Assembly: GCA_951406725.2 (NCBI GenBank)
Contig: OX597828.1
Location: 58,466,001-58,530,000 of the forward strand
Source: Octopus vulgaris
Lineage: Eukaryota
Direction: 5' to 3'
DNA: 64,000 bases
This document shows positions 47,855 to 61,035 of this stretch, one piece after another. The notes beneath the pieces were generated by a model. The model worked only from the letters and a program-made list of their open reading frames with translations. It made no database searches and had not been told where the DNA came from. The number at the start of each line of letters is the position of its first letter. Within the stretch, counting starts at the first letter, position 1. The translations under genes and the position numbers were made by a program.

Positions 47855-48075
47855 CCCTTTCATTACTGAATTTATTTTGTGATGTTCTGTGTTTCTTTTA
47901 ATTATTTTAAATGTAACAAAGAATTTAATAAAATAACTTTGTTATCATTCAGCTAGTGTTAGGAACATAAATTGCGAATAAGGTTTGGTGGAAGATTTTA
48001 ATCAAAAACTTATGGAAACAAGACATGTATATTAAAGAGCCAGAGCAGGTTTCAGCCGGGTTGGTAATGAAAGGG
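47855..48075. mobile_element. piggyBac-type MITE, same family as 45759-45972, opposite orientation
   Basis: TTAA|CCCTTTCATTAC...GTAATGAAAGGG|TTAA. Confidence 0.8.
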
Positions 48076-49954
48076 TTAAAATGGTTAGCATTCATGAAGA
48101 AGTAAGACACTTAAATGTATTATAAAGAGAAAATATTGTTGTTTGAATGTCAAATATGATGTTTATATAAATTTATTTTTTATTATTATTTTTTTTCTCT
48201 CCCCCACTTCATTGTTCATTGTGCATTGGTAGTTCGGAGATGTGTTGATTTAATGCCATTCCAATATTGCTTTGTCATCATCTCACTGTTTGGAAATTCA
48301 TTGATCCACTAACCGTTCCAGCATTCAACTCACTCTGTCAAAATGTAATGCTTATTTATTCTCAGTGTTTTCAATCAATCCTGCATTATCTCATAGCTTT
48401 CAGATTTTGATGATGTGATTGTTTATTTTTACAATAACATTGTAGGCTAGGTGTGAGAGGCTGGAGCTAGCCAATTTGAACATAAAACAGGTAGAATATT
48501 TTGGATGGATAAGGGGCCCGGTTTAAATGCTAAAAGCTTAAAGAAAGAAGCTGGTGTAGCTATGAAGAAGAGAATCAGTCCTCAAAGAAGAGTTTTCCAA
48601 TCAACAAGTACAAATGTTGTTGAGTGCTTTCAATCATTAATTGCATGTTACAATCTTAAAGGGAAAATTAAGTTTCTTATGAGGGGCTGTCAGCAAAATT
48701 TATACTTGGGACACAAAAATAATGGCCACAAATGTCCAAGAATGTCAATGACTGGGATCTCGTAGTCCACAGTCTATGACACAGTTAACCTGTCATTGGT
48801 CTGTTGTCGTTTTTATTTGGGTTTTTTTTCCCTTCTCAGTACTTTAATATCAAAAATGTTCTTTAATTCAACTCCACACCACTATTGCTTTTACTTCATT
48901 GACATTGCTATGGAATAAAATCTTTAAACATTAATAGAAAGCACGGTGAATGAGAAACACAAAGTATAGTTGAAAAACAAAAAGAGAGCGAGCAGTTACA
49001 GTAACCTAACTGTTTGTTTTTCATGCAGATTGGGCTCTCTGAGTTATTCTGTAAACAATTCTATTTTTCTATGCCAAAGAGTATAAACTCTGAGGTACAC
49101 TTAATGACTCTTTCATCACTCCTTTGGAAAATTGAATGAAATCTGTTGATGAGGTCATAATAAGATTGAATCATGTCTAGAGTTGTCTCCTCTGTTTGTT
49201 AATACTGTTTTGTCCTCACTGCAACTATTTTCAGCTAGCTTTTTAATACCCTACACATTAATTATATCACCACTAACTTACTGTGTATGAATGATTGCTG
49301 GTGAACTTTCTTTGCTTACCATCAAATCCAGGGTTTTGTTGAAACCAGTTTTCATGTTGTTCTTTCATACTGGAGATGAAACAATGTATTAGTTAACTGT
49401 AGTACTATCCACCTCTCAGTAAGGCTAAAAATAGGTTTTTGTGTCAAAGTTGATCTTACATCTCTCTTTATTTCAATGTTGTTTTTGCTATTATTTAGTC
49501 CCCCATCCTTGATCATGGCTTTCAATGGTTAATATTGTATGGGGGAAGTTTCTCTCTAACACAAAGTCCTGGACAAGGGTAGGGTTTATGGAAGACTATT
49601 TATTACTTGCCCCCTGCATGCAAGTCTCCCCCACTTCCTTCCTTTCTCCATGCAACTGCTGATGTTGTCTAAGGGTTGATGCAACATGGTACCAGTCCTA
49701 ACACAAGTGTTGCTGCCAAGGCAACGAACCAGAGCCTGGTACCACAATGTACCCTGGCCAATGCTCTAACAGTTCTGTCAGTTCACTACCCCAAAAGGAT
49801 GAAAGGTAAAATTGATCTCAGCAGGATTTGATTTCAGAAGGTAGAGAAGCAGATGAATTACCACAAGGTATTTTATCAAATGTTCCAACAAGTATGGCAA
49901 TTCACTATTCCCTATAGTACTACTACTATTATACATTAATTACTAGTCGTGTAA

Positions 49955-50298
49955 AAGAGTAAAGACTGCCTTCAGTCATCAATGACCATGGGATTGCACT
50001 TAGAAAGTTCTCCTCCATGGCATAAACCTGGGCAAGGTTGTTTATGGAAGACCAACAGTCGCCCGTGCATACCAGCCTCCCCTCTCCACACCACCGATGT
50101 TATCCAAGGGAAAGGCAAAGGGGGCCGATATAGCTTGGCACCAGTGACATTGCAACTCATTTCTAAAGCTGAGTGAACTGGAGCAACCTGAAATAAAGTG
50201 TCTTGCTCAAGAACACAACTCACAGCCTGGTCCAAAAATTGAACTCACTGTCTCATGATTGTGAGCCTGACGCTCTAACCACTGAGCCATGTGCCTTC
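49955..50298 (-). mobile_element. tRNA-derived SINE (family D head, different tail)
   Basis: GAAGGCACATGGCTCAGTGGTTAGAGCG...GTGTTCTTGAGCAAGACACTTTATTTCA. Confidence 0.7.
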
Positions 50299-51278
50299 AT
50301 AGTCATCTCGAGAGCATTAATTACTATTCCCTGCTCTCTTTTAGAAGGCACAAGAACTTCTGCCCACTGAATTCAATTACAAAGCTTTGGTTGGCCCAAG
50401 GTTATAGCAGAAGACACTTGCCCAAGATGCCATGCAGTGGGACTGAACCTGAAATCATGTGGTTAAGAAGCAAGCTTTCTAATCTAATTAGGCTGTATGA
50501 TAATTAAGCAGTTATGCAAGTGAAAGTCTAAAGATTAAAGTATTACACTGTTAGTTAGTAACTAATATGTTTTTCTTCCTTAAATATGAAAGACAACTCT
50601 GGATGCATGGCGCCTTTGTTTCTTTGTTTTAATGCTCTTCAGTGAAATGTAGCTTCTCCATAACTTTTTAGTATTAATAAGCAAATCGCTAAGTCACTGT
50701 AACTAAATCATATAATTGAAATACTTAATGGCATGCAAAAAGAGATGTGCTGACTTGTACAATAAGCTAGGCAATAACGTGAAGGAAAACTTAGATAGAA
50801 AATATTAAATGACTGAAATACTTAAAATGGCTTTTTTGATGCCTAAAACTGATCTTGGTTTTATGATGTGAACTTCCTTGTTTAAACCGTTCATCAAAAT
50901 TTCATGTTAATTGATGTTCTAGACACCAGCTTAATGATCTTTCTACTATAGACACAAGAGCTGAAATATTCAGGGACAGGTTTGTTGATTATATCAGTCC
51001 AAAGGCTGAGCCAACCTTGGTAGAATTTGAACTCAGAATGTAGATCTGGAAGAAATGTCACTAAGTTATTTTGTCTGTTGCAGTAATATTTCAGCCAGCC
51101 TGCTACCTTCACCACTGTAAATTCTTCATGTTTTCAAAATTAATTGAATTAAATGCAGTTTATTTCATTAGAAATATGTTAAAAAAAGGGTTAAGCTGCT
51201 AAATGTATTTCAAACAGCAGAATGGTAAAGAAAAGATTAAATAGCTAAAGTATATTCTTGCATACACTAAAAGAGAAT

Positions 51279-51599
51279 CATCATCATCATCATTGTTTGA
51301 CCGTGGTCGAGACAATGGAATTTACTATGCTACGCCAGACTTCACGGTCCATCATAGCATTATGGAGGTCCTGTTGCTGGATGCCTGTATCCCTGGAGAT
51401 TACATCAGAGTAGGAGAGTGTGCGCCCTCTGGTATCGCGAGGGGATGGCTTCCAGAGGAGAAGAGGAGAAATTACCTCTTTTTCAGCTCTTCAACAATGT
51501 CCAGCAAACTGGACTCTTCTACCTTTCACAAAGATGACACAGGTGGTAGTTTGCCATATATTTGTACTTTGGTTGGATGACGCTTCCACAAGAGATTTT
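51279..51599 (-). mobile_element. RTE LINE 3' end (distinct family) with (ATG)n tail
   Basis: WKRHPTKVQIYGKLPPVS..RRVQFAGHC..LLLWKP..RDTGIQQQDLHNAMMDREVWR. Confidence 0.8.
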
Positions 51600-51692
51600 A
51601 AGAATACTACAAGGAATTGATTGGGTTTCTCTTTTAGTCTTTAGTCTGAAAAGACTAAAAGAAAAACCCAGTCACTTCCTTGTAATATTCTT
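51600..51692. repeat. 93-nt foldback hairpin (43-bp arms, 7-nt loop)
   Basis: Arms are reverse-complementary with 4 differences. Confidence 0.85.
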
Positions 51693-52212
51693 TTCATTAG
51701 GAAGCATAAGAAGTAACACTAAACACATTTAGCTTCTCCTTCAAAAAGTCTCTTCTTTCTCTCAAGCTGAGTAAATATTTTAAACAATTCACTTATAATA
51801 CTTTGGCAGGTTATGCAGAAGTTACATTCACTTCTGCAATGAACAGTAAATGCCATTTAGAGTTTTCTTCTGCATTTGCTGACGAAAATATTTTTTTTTC
51901 TTTCAAAGTAACGTCAGTCACCAACTCATATTTTCCTTTCACTACATCTGTGTATATACTTTATTCTGATCATTAAATATATTTTTGGGGGCATGTGACA
52001 TAGAGCAACAAGGGCCTCATGCATAAATCTTTACAGGCATCTCTGAGACTGATATGAGAAAAGGAGAAAGCTAATTGCAATCAGAAGAATCTTTACATGT
52101 TTGCAACATGTCGTGATATTAAACTGACCAATGAATTAAGTCCACTACTTCTACAATTGTATAAGGAATTTTGATTTTGAATTCAGTATATTTAATATAA
52201 ATCTTGTGCAAA

Positions 52213-52293
52213 TCAAATTCTTTCCGTTATGTTTCTCATTCCTTGGAAGAAAGGCATAGATGCCTCAACTTCCCTTTTCTTCTCTAAGGCATC
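52213..52293 (-). CDS. candidate terminal coding exon of an unidentified gene
   Basis: tttctttatttgaaag| acceptor; DALEKKREVEASMPFFQGMRNITERI*; AATAAA about 250 nt downstream (51960-51965); no partner exon identified. Confidence 0.3.
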   Translation of the reverse strand, partial: DALEKKREVEASMPFFQGMRNITERI

Positions 52294-52565
52294 CTTTCAA
52301 ATAAAGAAATGTTATTTTTATTTTAATATTTGTTTGTTTTTTGTGAAAATTTATCAAAAGAAGAGAATATGTTAATACAATTTTTAAACAAGTAATCTCA
52401 ATTAAGAGAAAGCAACAATTTTTTATTGGTTTATATATAAAACACATGCACAGAAGTCTGGTGCAGTCTTCTGCCTGGTCGGCTCCTGTTAAACTGTCCA
52501 TCCCATGCCAGCAGGGAAAGTGAATGTTAAATGACGATGATGATGATGAGATATATATATATATA

Positions 52566-52910
52566 GGCGCAGGAGTGGCTGTGTGGTAAGTAGCTTGCTT
52601 ACCAACCACATGGTTCCGGGTTCAGTCCCACTGCGTGACACCTTGGGCAAGTGTCTTCTACTATAGCCTCAGGCCAACCAAAGCCTTGTGAGTGGATTTG
52701 GTAGATGGAAACTGAAAGAAGCCCGTCGTATATATGTGTATGTGTTTGTGCCCTAACATTGCTTGATAACCGATGCTGGTGTGTTTATGTCCCCCGTAAC
52801 TTAGCACTTTGGCAAAAGAGACCAATAGAATAAGTCCTGGGGGCAATTTGCTCGACTAAAGGTGGTACTCCAGCATGGCCGCAGTCAAATGACTGAAATA
52901 AAAGAGTAAA
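52566..52910 (+). mobile_element. SINE family C, full length
   Basis: GGCGCAGGAGTGGCTGTGTGGTAAG head, GGTTCAGTCCC B-box-like, CORE-like body, AAAAGAGTA tail; sits next to (TA)n. Confidence 0.8.
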
Positions 52911-53699
52911 AAAAAAGAGTATATATAAACACACACATTGTTGGTACAAGACAAGGATACATGCTATCATCACACTTGTTTAATATCTGTAGCGGGATAT
53001 GACTTTGTGGTTAAGGGGTTGCACTCATGGTTATAAGATTGTGATTTCGATTCCTGGACCAGAAATCCTTAAGGATCCAATATGGTTGAGCTATTTGCAT
53101 TTGGAACTTCCATAGCCAGGCTCCAAATGATCATAATGGGAAAATGTGTGTAGGAAACTTAAAGTAAACTTGTGTTTATATATTCATTTCTTTTGCTGGA
53201 TTCCAGTAATAATGGGGCTTCACCCTGACAGATTTTATTCAAACAAGCTCCAGTATTTCTTTTTTTAAAATTCTGTTACTTATCCTATTGGTCTCTATTG
53301 CTGAACTGGTAAGTTACAAGGACATTAACAAACCAACACCAGTTGCCAAGTTGTGTGTGTGGGGAGACAGACAGACACACACTCACACACACACACACAC
53401 ACAAACATCTCTACAAAGAGCTTTTTTCATTTCCACCTACCAAATCCACTCACAAGGCTTTGAGTCTGGGGGCTAACACCAGAAAGCATTTACCCAAGGT
53501 TCCACACTGTAGGACTGAACCTGAGACCATATGATTGGGAAGCAAACTTCTTACCTGACAACCACACACATATATATGTATGTATGTCATTATTCAGTTT
53601 TATTTCAAGATTTCTTGCCAATAGAGAAAGAGCTGGTTTCCAACCTAGATCTAGGGCTCCTTCGTTGAAATTTAAACATCAACGGTATTTTTTTATGTA

Positions 53700-55410
53700 T
53701 GCATGCATACATACAGTGTGGACTGGGTGCTTTTAAGTGGAGCCTGCACTGTCAAGGTCACCAAGTACCTTGCAAGACAAAAAAAAAACTTACAAGAGGG
53801 GAAGGGGCATTGGAGGAAGTGACCTTGTGTTGGATGATGAAAGGTTATAGTGAGACAGAGACAGAAACAGGTGTCTTGCTTTAGAGGAGGTACAAGGTTA
53901 CTCAGCCGGAGATAGAGAGAAAGAGATCGGGAATGAAGACAGAAACAGGTGCAGCACCACAAAGGAAATACATGGTTACCCGAACTGAGGGAAGTGCAGA
54001 AGGAGAGAGAGAGTGTGAGACAGCAGGATAGAGATGGTGGAAAAATGCCAGGCATACTCACTAGGGACGGGGATCAGAATATAAATGGGATTGTTGAGTA
54101 AAGGAAGAAAGAGAGATATAGATGGTGGCAAGTGCCAGGACATACCCTTGCGGTGTGAATGCCATAATATAAGTGGCAAGATATTGCAAAGGAAGCGTGA
54201 TTAAAGGGGGAGTGAGTGGCGAAAACCTGGGTGTATATAGAGTTGGTGGGGGGTGGGCTACAGGATAGTAGTGATAGAGAGGAAGAAGGCCATGAGGATT
54301 GGGGAACGAGAGGCAGGCATGGTGTAAAAAGGAGGAAGTTTGCGGAAGAGAAGAGATGTGGAGATGTCGATTAGTTTGTTGGGTGAGTGAAAAGTTTTTC
54401 TTGTTACATGTGGGTGGAAAACACAGGTTGGGGGCTAGTGGAGAGCAATGATACAGTGACTCAGGGCCAAGAGGATAGGATTGGGGAGAGAGAGGTAAGC
54501 ATAGCACATGAAGTGGAAATGTGAGGAAGAGATGTAGTTTGGTTTGTTGTGGTGGGGTGTGTGAGGAGTTTTCTTGTTAAGTGTGGGTGGGACACACAGT
54601 GTTTCTAGAACTGAGTTTTGCTGACGTGGGCAGGTTTTCTCAAGAATGTCATATTGCCAGATATCTCGGTCCTTTGTCATTTCCTCTGTGAGGCCCAACA
54701 TCCTGGCACCAGTCCTTACCACTTCATCCCACATCTTCCTGGGTCTCCCTCTTCCGTGGGTACCATCCACTTTCAGTGATTGGCACTTCTTTATGCAGCT
54801 GTCTTCATTCATACACATCACATGTCCAAACCAATGTAGTCTTCTCTCTTGCATGCTACATTTGATTCCTCTTATGCCCAACTTTTCTTTCAATACATTT
54901 GCACTTTGTCGTACATGCGCACTGATGTTCCACATTCAACAGATCATACTACCTTCATTTCTCTCCAGTCTGCACATGTCTTTGGCATTCAGAGCCCATG
55001 TCTCACTACCATGGAGTGTAGCTATTTGCACACACACATCATATAGTTTACCTTTCACTCTGAGAGAGAGTGTCCTCTTGTTGCTAACAAAGGTAATAGC
55101 TCTCTGAACTTTCTCCATATAATTCTTATTCTAGAAACAATATTTTCAGAGCATCCTCCACCATTGTTAATTTGGTCACCTAGGTAACAGAAACTACCTA
55201 CAACCTCAAGAGAGCCCCTTCAGCATTTGAGAGAATCTAAGTTCCATGTGCTCTTGGTGCTTATTGTTCCTGCCCATCTGCCACATACAAAGACTACTTT
55301 ATCTGTTAATCTACCTGTGATTCCACTGCACCTCTTCTGTGTCACTAGTTTACACTGGGTGTAGCGAATGGAATTTCTTCCAACTCCTTTCCTACACATT
55401 GAGCAGGGAC
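53700..55410 (-). mobile_element. RTE LINE: PHD-like finger, ORF2 C-terminus and long 3' UTR
   Basis: CSMCRKGVGRNSIR...; SFCYLGD; KGKLYDVCVQIATLHGSETWAL; ERRLHWFGHV..RGRPRKMWDEVV; same family as 610-1135. Confidence 0.85.
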
Positions 55411-56110
55411 ATTTACTTGACAGAAAAAAAGAGTTTTTATCTTCTTTAAGTTTAATTATATTTCCAAGAGAGGCTATATACTTATCCATAATCATCTTAT
55501 TAATTGTACCTAATTGTATCATCTTACTAATTGTACCTAAGTCTGATTTTGATGAGTATATAAACCTTACACTAGGGTTAGTTCTGAAATTAGGTCTGTG
55601 GTCCTTAATGCTAATTCCAGGCATTCTGGGTCCAAAAGGTTCTCTTTTGTCTGCTACCTTATATGTCTGGCTATTAAGATTCTTCTTCTTCTTCTTCGGT
55701 TGTTGCTGTTTGTTACTTTATAGTTGTTGGTTGTTTCATTCTTAAGAAGTCTAAGACAGTAAGGAATGCTTAAATTATATAGGTTACCCATGTTATCAGC
55801 AGGCACCACTACTCATCTTTATTCCTTAGTTCTTTGGTAATTACGTGAAATTTCCTTAAATGTTCATTTCTACATAGAGGGAATTTCTTAAATTTATTAT
55901 CCTTTACTATAGACTACAGTTCATCCTTGAATACTGTTAAGTACATTCAATTTAACCTTATGTAATAATATTTGAGTCAAAAATTGAATATATTACACTA
56001 AGAAATGGTATCAATGTAAGGAATGCACGATTACCCTGTTTATCATAGAATTTATTACCCCAATTATGTACAAAGTGCAATTCCATTGGATTTAATAAAG
56101 ATCATTTTAA
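55411..56110 (-). mobile_element. Penelope-like element, RT N-terminal fragment
   Basis: ISIKDHRPNFRTNPSVRFIYSSKSDLGTISKMI resembles the PLE RT motif KDHK..F...P..RLI...KS..G.ISK. Confidence 0.65.
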
Positions 56111-56569
56111 AGCTTTCTATTAAGTCTTATTCAAACTTTCGAGCAATTGTCAAGTTTCTGGTTTTGATCATAAGTTGTCAACTTGCCAAAAAGTAAAACT
56201 GAAAGAAAAATGTTCACAGCTAAAGTAATTCGTCTGTGTTTGTGCATGTTGCTGCCTCCGTAACTTGTAATGATTCAAGTAAATACGTTGATTACCCTCA
56301 GTGAACTTGTCAAGTTTGCGCAGTGTTTCTCAGCCATTCTTCACTTATGCAACCCTTTGATTCCTCATTTTCTCAAAGAGACCCTCATAAACATTTGATG
56401 CTTATAAAAAATCCTATTATATTTTTATGGTTTTATAACTAAATATTATTTGGAATTGTATAAAAATTTGTCAAATTTTTTTTTTATACTGTAGAAGTAA
56501 AACCAATCTATTGTACATACGAGGAGTATCAAAAGGTTTCCAGACTAGTTCTGTAGTGTTTGATATCTG

Positions 56570-57995
56570 GTAGACTCTCCTTCTCCCATTCATTTTCCAC
56601 ATTTAGTAACCTTTCATAGTGACACTTCTATGCATCTTTCTTCTCTGAGTCACTAAGTGCAAACATAACCATTATCCATTCACACACATTTCCCACCCAC
56701 CACATCTCTATTTTCTCTGATACACTATTTTGCAATCCTGAACACCTCACACTGTAGAACATTTGCAAATCTCTTTGCTATGTATACCTGACGCCTAGCT
56801 GCCCTTTTGGTTACCTGATATAATTCTCTGCTTCCACCATTTTTCTAGTCTTTCCAGGCCTGTCTTTTTACTTTTATAGCACTGTCAACTGCCTTGTTCC
56901 ACCACCATGTCACCCTTGGTCTAGCTAGGACTATGCACCAACCACAGATTTTGTCTGTGGTTGGTGCATAGACATAGTAGATTGTCCTGCAGGAACTTCC
57001 AGTTGTCCCCAACTTTTCCTTTCTTTTGTCAGAAGCTTCCATTAATAAATCTCTAAATTTTTGTCTGTTTGTTGGGTCTTTGAGCTTTCATGGTCTTCTT
57101 TTCTAGATTGGTTTATTTCTCTGAGTCTTTCTCACTCTAATTCTGAAGTCACTAACTAGTAACCTATGTTAGGTTGTACACTCTTCACCTGGGGAAGACT
57201 TAGCATTTTTAAGCATCCATCTGTCCTGTTACCTGGTGAGGAGGTAATCAATCTGGCTTATGTGCTCACCAGACTGATAAGTGATGAGGTGGCTGGCTGG
57301 TTTTTGAAGTTAGAGTTGCAGATCATGAGATCATTAGCATCATAAAATTCCAGTAGTCTTGTTCCCTCCTCGTTTCTGTAACAAGATGAAGGTCTCAGAA
57401 ACACTTGAGGGGTGTCTGTCTTATCTTGTCACAATTGGTGACCTTTAGAAAAACAACGAACATGCCAGCCGGCACATGATGTCAACACCAATAAAAAGCA
57501 AATGGAAAAAATTGCTCAAAGAAGCGGGCCTTATCCGAAGGCCGTGATTGGCTGGCTTTACACAGTGGCGCGAAATAAATAGAAAGACAAACTGCGCCAC
57601 ATGCCAACCAATCAGATCAGTGGACACAACAGGGACAAACCAGCCAAAGATGGCTGTAATCTCAAACGAGATCATTCTTATTGTGTTTCTCAAACAGTGA
57701 GGATATCAGATACGCTACATTTCCATGGGGATGCTGTTCAACATGTCCATTGAAGTCACCAGCCACAATAACAAAGTATCTGTCAATTTTCGTTGAGGCT
57801 GTCCTTCTGCTCATCAGTCAGCCCAAACTGGAGCATAGGCAGAGATAAATGTAACTGTTAATTTACCTATGATGAGTCTCATCTTCATTACCCTATCACA
57901 TACACTCTGACTACCTCAATTACCTTATCTACCCACTTTTCTGCTAACAGCATACCTACACCACCTGCTCCATCCTTTCTGCTGACCCAGAAGAA
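56570..57995 (-). mobile_element. RTE LINE APE endonuclease/linker region, interrupted by a solo LTR
   Basis: FFWVSRKDGAGGVGMLLAEKW...FISAYAP; NEEGTRLLEF; SQIDYLL; TWWWNKAVDSAIKVKRQAWKD. Confidence 0.8.
57377..57719 (-). mobile_element. solo LTR (TG...CA, 4-bp TSD; Ty3/gypsy-like)
   Basis: TGTAAC...GCTACA termini, TSD TTTC at 57373-57376 and 57720-57723; the host RTE sequence rejoins when it is removed. Confidence 0.8.
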
Positions 57996-58997
57996 TTTGA
58001 ATCTTTGTTATATAAATATATGTGTGTGTGTGTGTGTGTGTATTTCATGTTACACTAAGAAAATGTGCATGGTACCAGAACATTCTGGTATCACTATTTG
58101 GTTTGATTTCATTATTACAACTTATATATATGTATGTGTCTACACAGACGCAGACAGACAGACACACACGCATGTGTGTGTGCACATGCACGCATGTGTG
58201 TATGTATATATGTATGCATCACTATATTTGCATTTTGTCTTGGTTTGTGTATATTCCAATAAGTGTTTTGGCATAAAAGAGTTTGATAAAATAAGCACCA
58301 GGCTTAGAAAAAAATACGTATGTATAGGGCTAATTTGTTCAACCAAAGCCTTTAAGTGTGGTGCCCCAGCATGGCCGTAGTCTGGTGACTGAAACAAATA
58401 AAAGGATGGGTTTAAAAGGTTTCACATTTCAAAATACAAAGTGGTATAAGGAAAAAAAAGCAAAAGCCATCTAAATTTTAACTAAGAAATTAAATCAATG
58501 AAAACCTCAGTGTAGATCGGGACCCTGGAGTCTGTTGAGATTTTTGATAAACCAACTTTTATTCTTTGCATACACAAAAGAAAAGAGACAAAGGAATGTT
58601 GTTGTTACTATGAACAACAAAATGTTGAGACATTTTGTTGTTGGTGGTTACAGTAGATAAAGCTTTTGTTTGTTGTTTGCAGGCGACTGGACATCGTATG
58701 TTTTTCAGCCTCTGACTGATCATTGCCTTGTGTGCTTGTGGTAGTGCTTTTCCCAGTGTGTGTGTGTTTGGGATTCTCATTTAATTGTATATATTTTAAT
58801 TGTTTGTTTATTCATCCGTTTCCGTCTCATTCGATACCCTGACCCCAATGTTTGTTTTGCCTGTCCTCTCTTTTTCTCAACCTGATGGTTAAGAAAGAAA
58901 TTGAGGTCATTGCCTTTGTGTTGTCAATTGCTCTCCACCAACTCTGTTGTTGTCCACGAAATCCTACAGTATCTGTCAGTACTTTCTCTGCTATATC

Positions 58998-59034
<37 letters not shown>

Positions 59035-59708
59035 TCTCTCTCTCTCTAATAGTCACAGTGTGTTGACCTTTATAATAGTTGATAGGCTCAGAATGAAATG
59101 CACCAAAGAAGAGATCGTTACAGAAGCTTATTCAAGGTGAAGGTCATGGTTGGCCAGATTTTGCTGATCATGTGGGTCAATATTCTAGCAAATCGAGACA
59201 TGGGGCGAAGACTGAATATCCCCGCTACACACTCAAGGCTTTAAGTTTTTCTTTAAAAGTATGTCATTAGTATTTAAGTACAACAGAGAGTAGAATTAGG
59301 CGAAGTGTCAACTTTTTTGTCTCTTCGTTATTTATTATTATTGGCTGATTGTAATGAAAGATTATCTTCTATTTGTTACTTGCTTCAGGCATTAGATTGT
59401 GGCTATGCTGAGGCACTCCCTTGAAGGGTTTAACCAAACAAATCACCCCTCAACACCTCCATTACTTCTTTGTAAATTTGGTACTTATTTACCAAATCAT
59501 TAATTTATGACATCATTTGTCAAATAGTGGTGGGGGACAAATACAACACAAACAATCACACACACACATCATCATCATCATCATCATCGTCGTCATCATC
59601 GTCCTCATCATCATCCTGTTTGGGTATGGTTTCTATCGCTTGATACCCTTCCTAACATCAACCATTTTACAGACTGTTCTGGATGTTTTTTACATGGCAC
59701 CAGTGCTT

Positions 59709-59710
59709 TA

Positions 59711-59786
<76 letters not shown>

Positions 59787-59935
59787 AAATGAGAAAATGG
59801 AGAAACATACCTAAATCAATCATCAACCATCAGATAATACCCAGTCAATACTTTATTAAACCATTACACAACAGTAATGACATTATACATAATATATTAC
59901 AAATATAACTAGACATAATATATATATATATATAT

Positions 59936-59990
<55 letters not shown>

Positions 59991-59995
59991 TATAC

Positions 59996-60050
<55 letters not shown>
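59709..60050. repeat. (TA)n/(CATA)n microsatellites around a dispersed repeat
   Basis: Insert 59783-59915 matches 19918-20040. Confidence 0.8.
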
Positions 60051-60052
<2 letters not shown>

Positions 60053-60766
60053 AATTTTAAAAAAGAACTACTAATAGAAACATACCATAGAGACACAGTA
60101 ATTTGGCAGATTTATATATCATGCAATGTACCCCCATGCAAGTTCAGTACATACCATTCGACCTATTTGAAAACCAGGATGCTGGTCTATGTGAAAACAT
60201 GGAGGAAAAAAAAGCAAGAAGGTTTAAGCAAAAAGTGGAACAAGAAAAAAGAAAACAAATGTAAGAAAACCCCTTTGTCTGTAGAAATCTTAATTGATCT
60301 AGCTGGTGTAGAATAATGTAAGGGAGAGGAGGCCAAAGTCTGTGGGATATCTACTCAGGGCGAAGTGGGTGCTGTCCTCCAGTTCAGTTTGTAGTTAAAA
60401 GATTGCACTTTTGTTTTTTGAGGTCCAAGAATTCCAGCACCTTAATTAATTCCAGATTTAAAAGTTTTAGCAAATGCCAGCGCATGGACAAAGTTCTTTT
60501 GTCAAACTGTCGGATAACACCCTCTCTGGACTGAGTAGCTATCTCAGAGATGACTCTGCTGGTGTGGTCATGTAATACACATGGACAAAGACAGCTGTGC
60601 AAAGAAGTGCTGAATTATAACAGCAGAGGAAAACTGTGGAAGAGGTAGACCCAAGAAGACACGAAACAAGATGGTGAAATAAACAGTCAATCATCAAAAT
60701 TTTGAAGCAACAAGGTAACTTGATCGACTCAAAATATCATTATCCTTAATTACAAACAGCAGCTTT

Positions 60767-61035
60767 ATCATCATCATCATCGTTTAATGTCTGTTTTCCA
60801 TGCTAGCATGGGTTGGATGGTTCAAACAGGGTCTGGAAAGCCAGGAGGCTGCACCAGGCTCCAATCTGATCTGGCAAAGTTTCTACAGCTGGATGCCCTT
60901 CCTAACGCCAACCGCTCCATGAGTGTAGTGGGTGCTTTTTACGTGACACCGGCACTGGCACAAGTGCCAGGGGAGGCTGGCAATGGCCACAATCGGTTGG
61001 TGGTTTTTACTTGCCACCAACACGGAAGCCAGTCA
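60767..61035 (-). mobile_element. SINE family A
   Basis: Family A core and (CAT)n tail. Confidence 0.8.
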
